64,000 nucleotides of DNA, from assembly GCA_963788195.1 (NCBI GenBank), contig CAWBGA010000013.1, positions 384,001-448,000 on the forward strand. The letters are read 5' to 3'. Below, piece by piece: positions 47,504 through 56,748 of this stretch. The stretch is from Nitrospirota bacterium (lineage in GTDB: Bacteria; Nitrospirota; Nitrospiria; Nitrospirales; NS-4). Within the stretch, counting starts at the first letter, position 1, and the number at the start of each line of letters is the position of its first letter. A model generated the notes under the pieces. It had not been told where the DNA came from and did no database searches. It worked only from the letters and a program-made list of their open reading frames with translations. Both the position numbers and the translations under genes were made by a program.

Positions 47504-49276
47504 GTGAGTGACCATCGCAAGAGTGATAAAATCGCCGGTAACGAAACCAAGGCGAAGCCCGATCCGGCTTCGGCGGAACGAACAGCCGGTTTGCCGGGAA
47601 TGGATCCACTGGAGCTCATCGACGAATGTTTGGCTGCCTTCCCGGATAGCGATCCCCGCCAGAAGATTCTCTACAAGCTCCGGCATCTGGTGATGCAACA
47701 GGCTGTGACGGGGCAACAGCGCGAAGCGGAATTTAAGAAACTGAGTGAGGTCGTCGGAAAACTGACGGCTCCGGCGAATCGGATCGGCACGCTGCTGGAG
47801 GTTCCCGGCGAAGATTTAGCGCGTATTGTGGTCGGCGGCGCTGAGTATTACGCCAATATCGATCCCCGCGTGCCGGCAGAGGATTTGAAGATTGGCACAC
47901 AGATCCTGGTAAACGAGGCGTACGCTGTGATCAAGACGCTTGGGTATGACCGAAACGGTCCTGTGCTGAAGGTAGCGGAAACTTTACGGGATGGGCGTAT
48001 CCGGTTTGAACAAGACATGGGCCGTCAGGCGTTGATTCTCCAGCGATCCAGCGATCTTGTCGATGTCGAGTTGAAGGCTGGTGATGAGGTGCGGATCGAC
48101 CCCAGCCATAGGATCGCGATTGAGAAACTGGAAGATCGAAAGTCAAAGAACCATGTGCTCGATGAAGTACCGAGGGTCACGTGGGATCAGATCGGCGGGC
48201 AGAAGGCTGCGATCGCCGCCATTCGGAAGGCCATTGAATATCCCCTGCTCCACACGAAAACCTTCGAGCAATTCAAATTCACCCAGCCCAAGGGTTTTCT
48301 GCTCTATGGTCCGCCGGGCTGTGGCAAGACTCTGATCGGCCAGGCGGCTGCCGCCAGTCTGGCGAAACTCGTCAGCGAATCGGCACAGCCGGTGGGGAGC
48401 TCCGGGTCTACGGAGAAGCCGCCGATCGCCGGCGGATCGTTCTTGCACGTGAAGGGACCGGAGATCTTGAACATGTGGCTGGGCGAATCGGAGCGCATCG
48501 TACGTGACCTGTTCGCCCAGGCCCGGGCTCGCCGCCAGGAGGGGACGCTCCCGTTCATCTTTATTGATGAAGCGGAGTCCATTCTTGGGACGAGGCGGTC
48601 CATGCGGTCGTTCACGATCAATAGCACATTAGTCCCGATGTTCTGCGCGGAGATGGATGGTATCGAGTCGCTTCGGGATGTCGTGATCATTTTGGCATCG
48701 AACCGGCCCGATCTCATCGACCCGGCCGTGCTGCGTCCAGGACGCATCGATCGTAAGATCAAGGTGGCGCGCCCCACGCGGGATGCGGCGGTGGACATCC
48801 TCAAAGTCTACCTCACCTCGGAGTTGCCGCTCGCTCAAGAACTGGTCTCCGCGCATGGGGGCGACAAGGCGCAGGCGTGCGAGGCGGCGGTGGCGAGTGT
48901 GGTGGACAGAATTTTCACGCGGAGCGACGAAAACCGTTTGCTGGCAGTGAGACTTCGCAGCGGGCAGAACAAGGTGCTTTATCGAGGCGATCTGGTCAGC
49001 GGCGCCATCCTTGCTTCCATTGTCCAGCGGGCGAAAGAAAAGGCTATTGACCGCGTGATTCACCAAGGTGATGAAAGTGCCGCGCCCGGGATGACGCTTG
49101 AGGATTTGCTTGCCTCGGTTCAGGAGGAATATCGCGAGGGAGAGGTACTGCCCCCGGACGACGCGGCTGAAGAATGGCTCAAGCTACTCGATCATCATCC
49201 GGAACAGGTCGTGGGGGTGTCATCGTTCCGCAGGGGGAGGCAGGCGGAAGAGCGGTTGGTGGGGCAAATTATTTAA
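47504..49276 (+). CDS. arc: proteasome-associated ATPase ARC/Mpa
   Basis: Coiled coil-OB-AAA; GPPGCGKT, KGPEILNMWLGESER, FIDEAE, SNRPDLIDPAVLRPGRID. Confidence 0.93.
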   Translation: MSDHRKSDKIAGNETKAKPDPASAERTAGLPGMDPLELIDECLAAFPDSDPRQKILYKLRHLVMQQAVTGQQREAEFKKLSEVVGKLTAPANRIGTLLEVPGEDLARIVVGGAEYYANIDPRVPAEDLKIGTQILVNEAYAVIKTLGYDRNGPVLKVAETLRDGRIRFEQDMGRQALILQRSSDLVDVELKAGDEVRIDPSHRIAIEKLEDRKSKNHVLDEVPRVTWDQIGGQKAAIAAIRKAIEYPLLHTKTFEQFKFTQPKGFLLYGPPGCGKTLIGQAAAASLAKLVSESAQPVGSSGSTEKPPIAGGSFLHVKGPEILNMWLGESERIVRDLFAQARARRQEGTLPFIFIDEAESILGTRRSMRSFTINSTLVPMFCAEMDGIESLRDVVIILASNRPDLIDPAVLRPGRIDRKIKVARPTRDAAVDILKVYLTSELPLAQELVSAHGGDKAQACEAAVASVVDRIFTRSDENRLLAVRLRSGQNKVLYRGDLVSGAILASIVQRAKEKAIDRVIHQGDESAAPGMTLEDLLASVQEEYREGEVLPPDDAAEEWLKLLDHHPEQVVGVSSFRRGRQAEERLVGQII

Positions 49277-49298
49277 CCGGCATTGGATTAATGTGCAA

Positions 49299-50825
49299 AT
49301 GCGTCTATTTGGAATCGAGACCGAGTACGGGATCACGAGAGACGATCTAGAGGTCGTCGATCCAGTCGTCGAATCCATGGAGCTCGTGCGCGCGCATCTG
49401 GCCGGCTCGTTCGAGACGACGTGGGACTATAGCGGGGAGGACCCGCACGAGGATGCACGGGGTTTTCGGGTGGCGGGCCTTCAACAGGATCAGGAAGAGG
49501 AGGAATTTGCCAAGGTCGATGCCCATCGGCCTTTTTCATTCCATGAAATGAAGAGCGATCTCGTGCTGCCTAACGGCGCCCGCTTCTATAACGATCATAC
49601 GCATCCTGAGTATTCCTCGCCTGAGTGCCGAACCCTGCGCGATCTCGTAACCTATGATCGGGCAGGCGAACGAATTCTTCACCAGGCGGCTCAGCGTCGA
49701 AACCGCACCTTGGGCGGCTCCCACGTACAATTGTACAAGAACAATACGGATTTTCATGGGCACAGCTACGGGTGCCACGACAATTATCTCGTTTCGCGGT
49801 CCATTCCCTTCACCGCCTTGGTGGCAGGCCTGATACCGTTTTTGGTCAGTCGGCAACTTGTTGCCGGCGCGGGCAAAGTTGGGATCGAGACACAAGAAGG
49901 CGGGTTCAAATCGGGGCGTTATCAGCTCTCGCAGCGTGCCGATTTCATGGAGACCGAGTTGAGCGTGGATACCATGCACAACCGTCCGATTCTGAATACC
50001 CGCGATGAACCGCATGCCGATCGAAGCAAGTATCGCCGGCTCCATCTCATTATCGGCGATGCCAATATGTGCGAATACGCGACCGCGCTCAAGGTGGGAA
50101 CCACTCAATTAGTATTGGACCTGATTCAACGGGGAGCCGCGCCCCAGTGTGAGTTGGAGAATTCTGTCGCGGCGGTGAAGGAGATATCCCGCGATGCGGA
50201 TCTCAAGACGGTTGTGCGGCGACAGGGGGGCGGCACAGTCTCCGGCCTCGAGTTGCAGGAGGTGTATTGGACGGCTGCCGACAAGGAATTAGCCGGCTCG
50301 GATGAGGATACGGATTGGATTCTTCGGGAGTGGGAACGGACGCTGAAGCTTTTGTCCACTGACCGCGTACAGCTCGTAGGGCGACTGGACTGGGTAACCA
50401 AACTCTGGCTGCTGGAGACATTCGCGCAGGAGGAACGTGTCGGCTGGGATGATCCTTGGTTGGCCAGCCTGGATCTGGAGTATCACAACATTGATCCGGA
50501 CCGCGGCCTCTATTATGGCCTTGAGAATGAGGGCAAGGTGTTCCGGCTTACCACCGATGCGGAGATTCAGAATGCCATGACGGTGGGACCACGTGACACG
50601 CGCGGTGGTATCCGCGGGCTCTGTGTCCGGCGTTTTCGAGACCAGATTCAGTCCATCCAATGGGAGCGCGTAAAGTTTACGGGAGGTCTCCTGCCGAAGA
50701 CCTTGGATATGAGTGATCTCTTTGAACCGGCGGAGATACAGGAGCTGGCCGCTGTCTTGGAGAAAGCCTCCTCCGCATCGGATGCGTTGAAAGCCTGGGG
50801 ACGACGAAAGGAACAATTGCTATGA
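49299..50825 (+). CDS. dop: depupylase/deamidase Dop (PafA2)
   Basis: FGIETEYG, Dop loop WDYSGEDP..DARG, NGARFYNDHTHPEYS, KNNTD..SYGCH, NTRDEPHAD. Confidence 0.92.
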   Translation: MRLFGIETEYGITRDDLEVVDPVVESMELVRAHLAGSFETTWDYSGEDPHEDARGFRVAGLQQDQEEEEFAKVDAHRPFSFHEMKSDLVLPNGARFYNDHTHPEYSSPECRTLRDLVTYDRAGERILHQAAQRRNRTLGGSHVQLYKNNTDFHGHSYGCHDNYLVSRSIPFTALVAGLIPFLVSRQLVAGAGKVGIETQEGGFKSGRYQLSQRADFMETELSVDTMHNRPILNTRDEPHADRSKYRRLHLIIGDANMCEYATALKVGTTQLVLDLIQRGAAPQCELENSVAAVKEISRDADLKTVVRRQGGGTVSGLELQEVYWTAADKELAGSDEDTDWILREWERTLKLLSTDRVQLVGRLDWVTKLWLLETFAQEERVGWDDPWLASLDLEYHNIDPDRGLYYGLENEGKVFRLTTDAEIQNAMTVGPRDTRGGIRGLCVRRFRDQIQSIQWERVKFTGGLLPKTLDMSDLFEPAEIQELAAVLEKASSASDALKAWGRRKEQLL

Positions 50826-51016
50826 ATTCTATGACAGGTTTTGATCGTAAAGAGCGTCCGTTCGATCCGATGCCGAGACCCACGAGCCCGTCCGAGGAGG
50901 GTGGAGGGCCGAGGCGACCGGAGACAGGCTCGCCGGAGAAGGACAATCTCCTGAAGCGGATGCGCAAGGTGGATCCCAAGCAGGCGGAACGGTATCGGCA
51001 GCGCACAGGCCAATAA
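50822..51016 (+). CDS. ubact: ubiquitin-like modifier UBact
   Basis: 64-aa disordered protein ending LLKRMRKVDPKQAERYRQRTGQ between dop and prcB. Confidence 0.88.
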   Translation: MNSMTGFDRKERPFDPMPRPTSPSEEGGGPRRPETGSPEKDNLLKRMRKVDPKQAERYRQRTGQ

Positions 51017-51029
51017 GACGGAGAAAAAG

Positions 51030-51803
51030 ATGGGGATGCAAGGCGATTTCTTACAGCTGCTCAAAGAGCAGGGCTATCAGTTGGGGACTTCAGCTTCGGT
51101 GCGGGACGGACAAGAGCTCACGAGCGGCACGACGATTCTGGCGATGAAGTACCGGGATGGAGTCCTGGTCGCGGGCGACCGCCGGGCAACCGCGGGCAAC
51201 ATGGTTATGTACGATCGGACGGATAAGGTCCTTGAACTGGATCGGCACAGCGTGTTGGCCATCGCCGGTGTGCCGGCAACCGCGTACGAGATGGTGCGCG
51301 TGCTGGAACACTCGTTCAAGTACTACCGCCGTACGCAGCTTCAGGAACTGAGCTTCGAAGGCAAGCTCCGGGCGGTGTCGAAACTGCTAAAGGACAATGT
51401 GCCGGCCGCGTTAGCTGGAACTGGCGCGGTGGTCCCAATTTTTGCCGGCTATGATTTAGACCAGGGGACGGCAAAAATATTCTTCTACGACCTTCTCGGG
51501 GCTGAGTTCGAGGGCGCGGAATACGCAGTGTCAGGATCGGGCTCGCCGACGATCCGCGGGATCCTGCATTATCTCAACAGCTGGGGCGCCCAGCCGCTCA
51601 GCGAGCTGTCCGAGGAAGAAGCCACGATTCAAGCACTCAGGCTGCTGACCTGCGCTGCGGAGTTTGATTCGGCGACCGGCGGTGTCAATCGTGAAGCCAA
51701 CTTGTATCCGGTGGTCAAATTTATTACGAAAGCGGGAGTCCGGGTCGCGCCGGAGAGTACCCTGAAGCCACTCTTCGAGAACCAGGTGTGTCGCCATGTA
51801 TGA
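51030..51803 (+). CDS. prcB: 20S proteasome beta subunit
   Basis: Propeptide then G/TTILA, AGDRRAT, SGSGS. Confidence 0.93.
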   Translation: MGMQGDFLQLLKEQGYQLGTSASVRDGQELTSGTTILAMKYRDGVLVAGDRRATAGNMVMYDRTDKVLELDRHSVLAIAGVPATAYEMVRVLEHSFKYYRRTQLQELSFEGKLRAVSKLLKDNVPAALAGTGAVVPIFAGYDLDQGTAKIFFYDLLGAEFEGAEYAVSGSGSPTIRGILHYLNSWGAQPLSELSEEEATIQALRLLTCAAEFDSATGGVNREANLYPVVKFITKAGVRVAPESTLKPLFENQVCRHV

Positions 51804-52596
51804 CGAGCCGTATCGTTGGGTTGAAGCGGTCGGCAATCGCCGCCAGTATCTGGACGAGCAGTTTAAGCAAGGCAGCCCCGTGGTTGCCCTGTCCTATGCA
51901 GACGGCATTCTGCTCCTCACCGTCAGCCGTGGCACGCCGAAGCTGTACGAGATCTACGATCGGCTCGGATTGGGAGGGATGGGACACCCGGCAGACTTGG
52001 AAAAGCTACGGTTCACCCTGTTGGAAATGGCCCACGTGGAAGGTTTCAACCGCTCACCGTCCGACGTGACGGGGGCGCGGCTCATGAAGAATGGTCTGGC
52101 CCCTGTCATCAAGCAGGCGTTTGAGGAAATATACAAGGCGCCTTTTATTGTGAAGATCCTGCTAGCCGAGGTCGGCTTCAAGCCTGAGAAGGACACGTTC
52201 CTGACGGTCAACTATGACGGGACGTTCGAGGAGATGGGAGGATGGGCTGCATTGGCGGCAACACCGGCGGTCCAAGAGGACATGAGCGCGTATCTCAAAC
52301 GCGAGACGGGGCTTGTGTCTGCTGGCTTGCCACGGGCGGTAAGCAGTGCCCTCCAAGCCTGGGCCCTCGGATCGATGGCGCAGCAGCGAGCGGAGGCCGA
52401 GGGGGATCATGAGCCGGCACAACCGGCGCCCTCGACTCCAGACACGACGGCTGTGTTCGCGCATCTTCGTGAGACAGTCGCCGAGAAAACGATCGAATGT
52501 GCGGTGATGGAACGCGGCGCGCCCGGTTCATCGAAGTACCGCGCACTCACGGCCGATGAACTCGGTGGTCTATTGCCAGTAGAGATGAAAGGCTAA
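51796..52596 (+). CDS. prcA: 20S proteasome alpha subunit
   Basis: RRQYLDEQFKQGSPVVAL, KLYEIYDR, SDVTG. Confidence 0.9.
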   Translation: MYDEPYRWVEAVGNRRQYLDEQFKQGSPVVALSYADGILLLTVSRGTPKLYEIYDRLGLGGMGHPADLEKLRFTLLEMAHVEGFNRSPSDVTGARLMKNGLAPVIKQAFEEIYKAPFIVKILLAEVGFKPEKDTFLTVNYDGTFEEMGGWAALAATPAVQEDMSAYLKRETGLVSAGLPRAVSSALQAWALGSMAQQRAEAEGDHEPAQPAPSTPDTTAVFAHLRETVAEKTIECAVMERGAPGSSKYRALTADELGGLLPVEMKG

Positions 52597-52603
52597 GGTT
52601 GAG

Positions 52604-54115
52604 GTGCTCAATAGGATCTTCGGGCTCGAAACTGAGTATGGCCTGCTGATCAATCAGGACCGGCCCGAACATTCCCCTTCATGGCTTGCCCATCGCATTC
52701 GCGATCAGGTGTTTCACATTCAACGGCGCGGTGTCCTGGACCTGCATCACCGCGGTCATGATGAGCCGCCGGGCAACGGCGGGTTCCTCACCAACGCCGG
52801 CCGCATCTACCTGGACATGGGCCATCTCGAGTATGCCTCGCCGGAGTGTGGGAGCCTCACCGATTTAGTGGCCTCGGATCGGGCAGGTGATCAGCTTGTG
52901 CAGAGCGCGGTGCAAGGCGCTGGGTTAGCGGATCACGTCTCGCTGATCAAGAACAACATTGATCATGAAACCGACGCGACATTTGGCTGCCACGAGAATT
53001 ATCTTGTCACCAGGAGGTTTCCATTCTCGCGCCACGGTCTGAACCCCCTTGTGACGTTCCTGGTGACGAGGCAGGTATACACGGGGGCTGGTCGCGTGGG
53101 CGCGGCCGCTCCACAGGAGCAGTGGGTGCAGGTCGGCGACGTCGGCGATGTTATCCTCCACTGGCCGGGCGTGCGCGAGGCCGGAACTCCTTCGGTGCTG
53201 CCATTTCAAATCTCTCAGCGAGCCGACCACATCGTGAACGACTTCTTCGAGTGGGTGCAGCAGAATCGTGCCATCATCAACACCCGCGACGAGCCCTTGG
53301 CTGACCCGAACCACTATCGCCGCATTCACCTGCTCTGCGGTGACTCGAACATGGCGGAATACGCCACGATGTTAAAGATGGGGGTCACGGGGTTGGTCCT
53401 GCAGCTCATTGAGGATGGGCACGAGCCGAAGGGGTTCGAGATCGGGGAGCCGGTCGAAGCGCTTCAGGACATATCGAGGGATCAGGAGCGCCAGTGGTTG
53501 GTGACGTTGGCTTCAGGGAAGACCATCTCCGCCCTTGATATCCAGGAGCAGTTTCTCGGAGCGGTGCAACAGCACTACAAAGGGCAGGACGAAGAGACGG
53601 ACTGGGTGCTTGAGCAGTGGGAGCAGGTGCTGACCGACCTGCATGGCGACTATGCGAAGCTGGTGGGGCGCGTGGATTGGGCGTCCAAGCTTTGGCTCTT
53701 GGAGACCTATCGTGAGGCTGAACGGGTTGCCTGGGACGACCCCATCATCAAGAGCCTGGATCTGGAATATCACAATCTCAATCCGGAACGGGGACTGTAC
53801 TATGCGCTTCTGGACGAAGGGCGTGTCCCGCGGGTCACGACAGACAAGGCGATCGAATTGGCACAGGAACATCCCCCCCGCAACACGAGGGCATTCGGTC
53901 GAGGAGAGGTCATCCGGCATTTGTTAGACTGCGGGCCGGCAGTTGAGACACAGGGTTTCAGCGAAGAACATCGTTTTTTGCCGTCTTACGTGATCAATTG
54001 GTCCGTTCTCCAACTGCGGGGGCGCCCACCCTTTCCGATGGTGGATCCCTTCAAGACCTACGTGCAGGAGGCGCGCGCCTACGTGGGCGGCAAAGGCCAG
54101 CTCCAAGACCCTTAG
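52604..54115 (+). CDS. pafA: Pup/UBact-protein ligase PafA
   Basis: RIFGLETEYG, FLTNAGRIYLDMGHLEYASPEC, GCHENY, INTRDEP, GDSNMAE, DPF. Confidence 0.92.
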   Translation: MLNRIFGLETEYGLLINQDRPEHSPSWLAHRIRDQVFHIQRRGVLDLHHRGHDEPPGNGGFLTNAGRIYLDMGHLEYASPECGSLTDLVASDRAGDQLVQSAVQGAGLADHVSLIKNNIDHETDATFGCHENYLVTRRFPFSRHGLNPLVTFLVTRQVYTGAGRVGAAAPQEQWVQVGDVGDVILHWPGVREAGTPSVLPFQISQRADHIVNDFFEWVQQNRAIINTRDEPLADPNHYRRIHLLCGDSNMAEYATMLKMGVTGLVLQLIEDGHEPKGFEIGEPVEALQDISRDQERQWLVTLASGKTISALDIQEQFLGAVQQHYKGQDEETDWVLEQWEQVLTDLHGDYAKLVGRVDWASKLWLLETYREAERVAWDDPIIKSLDLEYHNLNPERGLYYALLDEGRVPRVTTDKAIELAQEHPPRNTRAFGRGEVIRHLLDCGPAVETQGFSEEHRFLPSYVINWSVLQLRGRPPFPMVDPFKTYVQEARAYVGGKGQLQDP

Positions 54116-55152
54116 CCTCCTGCAAATGATGGTGCACGGTGCTGCTTACGAGCGACACCAGGGCGGTCCCCGATCGCCCCGGTCATGATCTCCACCAGGC
54201 GATTTTCTCCCCAGTAGGAATCTTCCGTAGCCTGCCGGCGTTGAAAGAACCCGCAATGTCCTCCATGGGTCGGGGCGACGAGGGTGATCGCTCGATTGCC
54301 TTGAATATCTGCCTGTGGGAACATGCGATAGGGGATGAACGGATCGTCCTGCGCGGTGATGATGAAGGTCGGCACTGCGATCCGGGACATCACGTGCCGC
54401 GCCCCGGCTCGATCGTAGTAATCTGCGGCGCTTGCGTACCCGCCGTCCGGCGCCGTGTACCGGTCATCGAATTCGCGAATCATGGTGATGCGGGCCAGGG
54501 ATGTCAGGTCCCATTTGCCGGGGAACAGCGCGGCTTTCCGCACCATCCGCGCTTTTAGGCGCGCGACAAAATGGTTATGATAAAGCCGATTCCGGGGTAG
54601 TTCGAGGGCATCGACACATTGAGTGGGATCGATGTTGGGGCAGACGGCGAGGACTCCCCGGAGTGCAGGAACGGACGAGCCTGCTTCTCCAGCCGCCTTT
54701 AGCACCAGATTGCCTCCCATCGAATACCCGATGAGCCAGATATGCTCCAAACCGTCCACATCCGAGAGTTCCGCCACCACGGCCCTGTAATCCGCGCTGA
54801 GCCCGCTGTTATAGAGTGTAGGGGTGAGGTGTTCCGTGCCTCCACACGTACGCTGATTTAAGCGAATCACATTGAGCCCAGCCCGCCAGGCCTTGCCGGC
54901 AATGGCACGCATGTAGTGGGATTTGCTGCAGCCTTCCAGGCCGTGGACGAGAATTGCTGTCCCGGCGCTTTTCCGATCGGCTTGCCAGTGGCAATATCCC
55001 AGCAGCTGAGTGTCCGTAGCGACAGAGAACAGGCGGGCTTCCTGCGGGACCCCCGCCAGCAGTCCCCGTCGCGGCCAATAGCGCGGGATGATCGTCATGG
55101 CGTGCGCGTTCCGGAGGAGTGGGTGGGCCGTGAATTCAAACATGACCCTCAT
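54112..55152 (-). CDS. YheT-family alpha/beta hydrolase
   Basis: VHGLEG, GYSMGG nucleophile elbow, AQDDPFI, GGHCGF. Confidence 0.9.
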   Translation of the reverse strand: MRVMFEFTAHPLLRNAHAMTIIPRYWPRRGLLAGVPQEARLFSVATDTQLLGYCHWQADRKSAGTAILVHGLEGCSKSHYMRAIAGKAWRAGLNVIRLNQRTCGGTEHLTPTLYNSGLSADYRAVVAELSDVDGLEHIWLIGYSMGGNLVLKAAGEAGSSVPALRGVLAVCPNIDPTQCVDALELPRNRLYHNHFVARLKARMVRKAALFPGKWDLTSLARITMIREFDDRYTAPDGGYASAADYYDRAGARHVMSRIAVPTFIITAQDDPFIPYRMFPQADIQGNRAITLVAPTHGGHCGFFQRRQATEDSYWGENRLVEIMTGAIGDRPGVARKQHRAPSFAGG

Positions 55153-55158
55153 TACCTT

Positions 55159-55446
55159 CTATGATCTGGAATCTTGGCGTCTTGGTTGATGGAGTGTTTT
55201 GCGATGCGCAATCAGGTGCACATCGACAATATGTGCGCTCGGATCGATCGAGTAAAAGATGCGCCAGTCGCCCACAGCATATTGTAAAAGCCCGGGGAGT
55301 TCTGCTGCAGCCGGGTCATGCCGGAGATTGCCGGCATTGGAGGCCAGCCACTTTGTCTTGTCGAGAAGCCGTTGGGCCATAGCCGTGTCGATCTGTGCCA
55401 GGTCGCTGACGACTTGGGGAAGGTATGCGATCTTATACCACGGCAT
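55159..55446 (-). CDS. RelE/ParE family toxin
   Basis: YKIAY..VVSDLAQID..VGDWRIFY..IAHRK. Confidence 0.8.
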   Translation of the reverse strand: MPWYKIAYLPQVVSDLAQIDTAMAQRLLDKTKWLASNAGNLRHDPAAAELPGLLQYAVGDWRIFYSIDPSAHIVDVHLIAHRKTLHQPRRQDSRS

Positions 55447-55456
55447 CGTAGACTGC

Positions 55457-55660
55457 TCACCAGTGTAGACCGAGCTTATCCGCCACCTCGTCCCCGGTCA
55501 GACGGTCGGTTGACATTAGAGATTCTTTGAGGCGCGCTCGAACGGAATCCACCAGCTCCAAGCCCAGATCAGGATTGCCCAGCAGCTCTCGCAGCCGATC
55601 GTCCACCATGCCGGTAACGAGGGCCTTCAGCTCTTCCACAGTGAGATCCGACAGATTCAT
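55457..55660 (-). CDS. putative antitoxin
   Basis: Acidic 67-aa ORF upstream of toxin ending DEVADKLGL. Confidence 0.7.
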   Translation of the reverse strand: MNLSDLTVEELKALVTGMVDDRLRELLGNPDLGLELVDSVRARLKESLMSTDRLTGDEVADKLGLHW

Positions 55661-55914
55661 CGCGATGAGTCTCCTGCCTTCATTGTTAGGGTGCCGTGAC
55701 CCGAATTGTCAATCATCTCGCCTGTTGCTTCGCAATTCGTATTATGTCTCTCGCCAAGCCCAATACCGCGAATGACCCTGTAGTGGCTTGCTTTGGCTGC
55801 CTCTTCCTCTAAGTGTCGGGGCCCGCCGCGCCCTGCTAAAGGTGTATAGATCCCCCCTACGCCTGAGCACTTTCACAGGCGTGCGGTAACGGGTAAGAAT
55901 GACGTCAGCTTTTA

Positions 55915-56103
55915 ATGGGAGTAAATTTGAAGGATACGGATCAAGCCATTGCGGATTTCGGCAAAGCCGCTACTGTCCTCCACACATTAATACATAAGTT
56001 AGTGCCGTTGACGAACGTTCAAGTAGAATTCATAAAAACCGAGTTGCACACCCTCGAGGCGGCGCTAAAAATACATTACCCCAAGAGACCCGGTCAGGGT
56101 TAA
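55915..56103 (+). CDS. small hypothetical protein
   Basis: 62-aa ORF 18 bp upstream of LuxR ORF. Confidence 0.5.
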   Translation: MGVNLKDTDQAIADFGKAATVLHTLIHKLVPLTNVQVEFIKTELHTLEAALKIHYPKRPGQG

Positions 56104-56121
56104 TTGTAAGGAGGATACGAT

Positions 56122-56364
56122 ATGTTCACGAAGAGCAAGTTGCGGGGCGTTGTCTCGTTGACGGAGCGGGAGCAGCAGGTGCTCAAGCACATCTGGGCCG
56201 GCCTTAACAACCGTGAGATTGGAGAGGAGTTGCAGATTAGCCAGAAGACTGTCGAGGCGCACCGCTCCAACATGATGAAGAAATTGCGGACGACCAACAC
56301 CGCCCAGCTTCTAAAAAGTTGTATTGAGTTGGGTTTCCTGCGGCACCGGCTCCGGACTGCGTAG
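56122..56364 (+). CDS. stand-alone LuxR-type HTH regulator
   Basis: LTEREQQVL..GLNNREIGEELQISQKTVEAHRSNMMKKL; AAGGAGG RBS. Confidence 0.92.
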   Translation: MFTKSKLRGVVSLTEREQQVLKHIWAGLNNREIGEELQISQKTVEAHRSNMMKKLRTTNTAQLLKSCIELGFLRHRLRTA

Positions 56365-56623
56365 GGTGACCTGATCATTGACCCCGCTCATCAAGGTAAC
56401 GGGCGATGAAATACATCACGAAGGAGATTTGGTGTGGCTCGGCGTAGCATCTTATCTTGGAGCGGCTACCATAGGCTACATCGTTTGGCCCTTCTCGGAA
56501 GGTAGTTGTCGCTATCTAAGTCTGGCTGCAGCTGCTTCGCATGGATAGTTCATCGGCCCGCACCCTCTAAGGCACACACCTAGTGCATAGGAACCGCTGA
56601 AGCGACCCACAGTAATTCAAGCA

Positions 56624-56651
56624 AAGCCGCTGCAAGTGCTTGAGCCTATGG
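56624..56651 (+). repeat. 28-bp direct repeat, left copy
   Basis: AAGCCGCTGCAAGTGCTTGAGCCTATGG identical to 59550-59577. Confidence 0.9.
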
Positions 56652-56748
56652 ATACCGAAGTGCTCCCAAGCCTGACTCCCGGCCGCCTGAGAATTGAAGC
56701 CGCGTTACTCGAAGACCGCAAAGACGATTACTAGAAAGGAGGGATTCG

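Noticed and set aside
56655..56690. Possible tRNA-Gly/Pro att fragment (GCTCCCAAGC)
   Set aside because: Too short, no T-arm or acceptor stem
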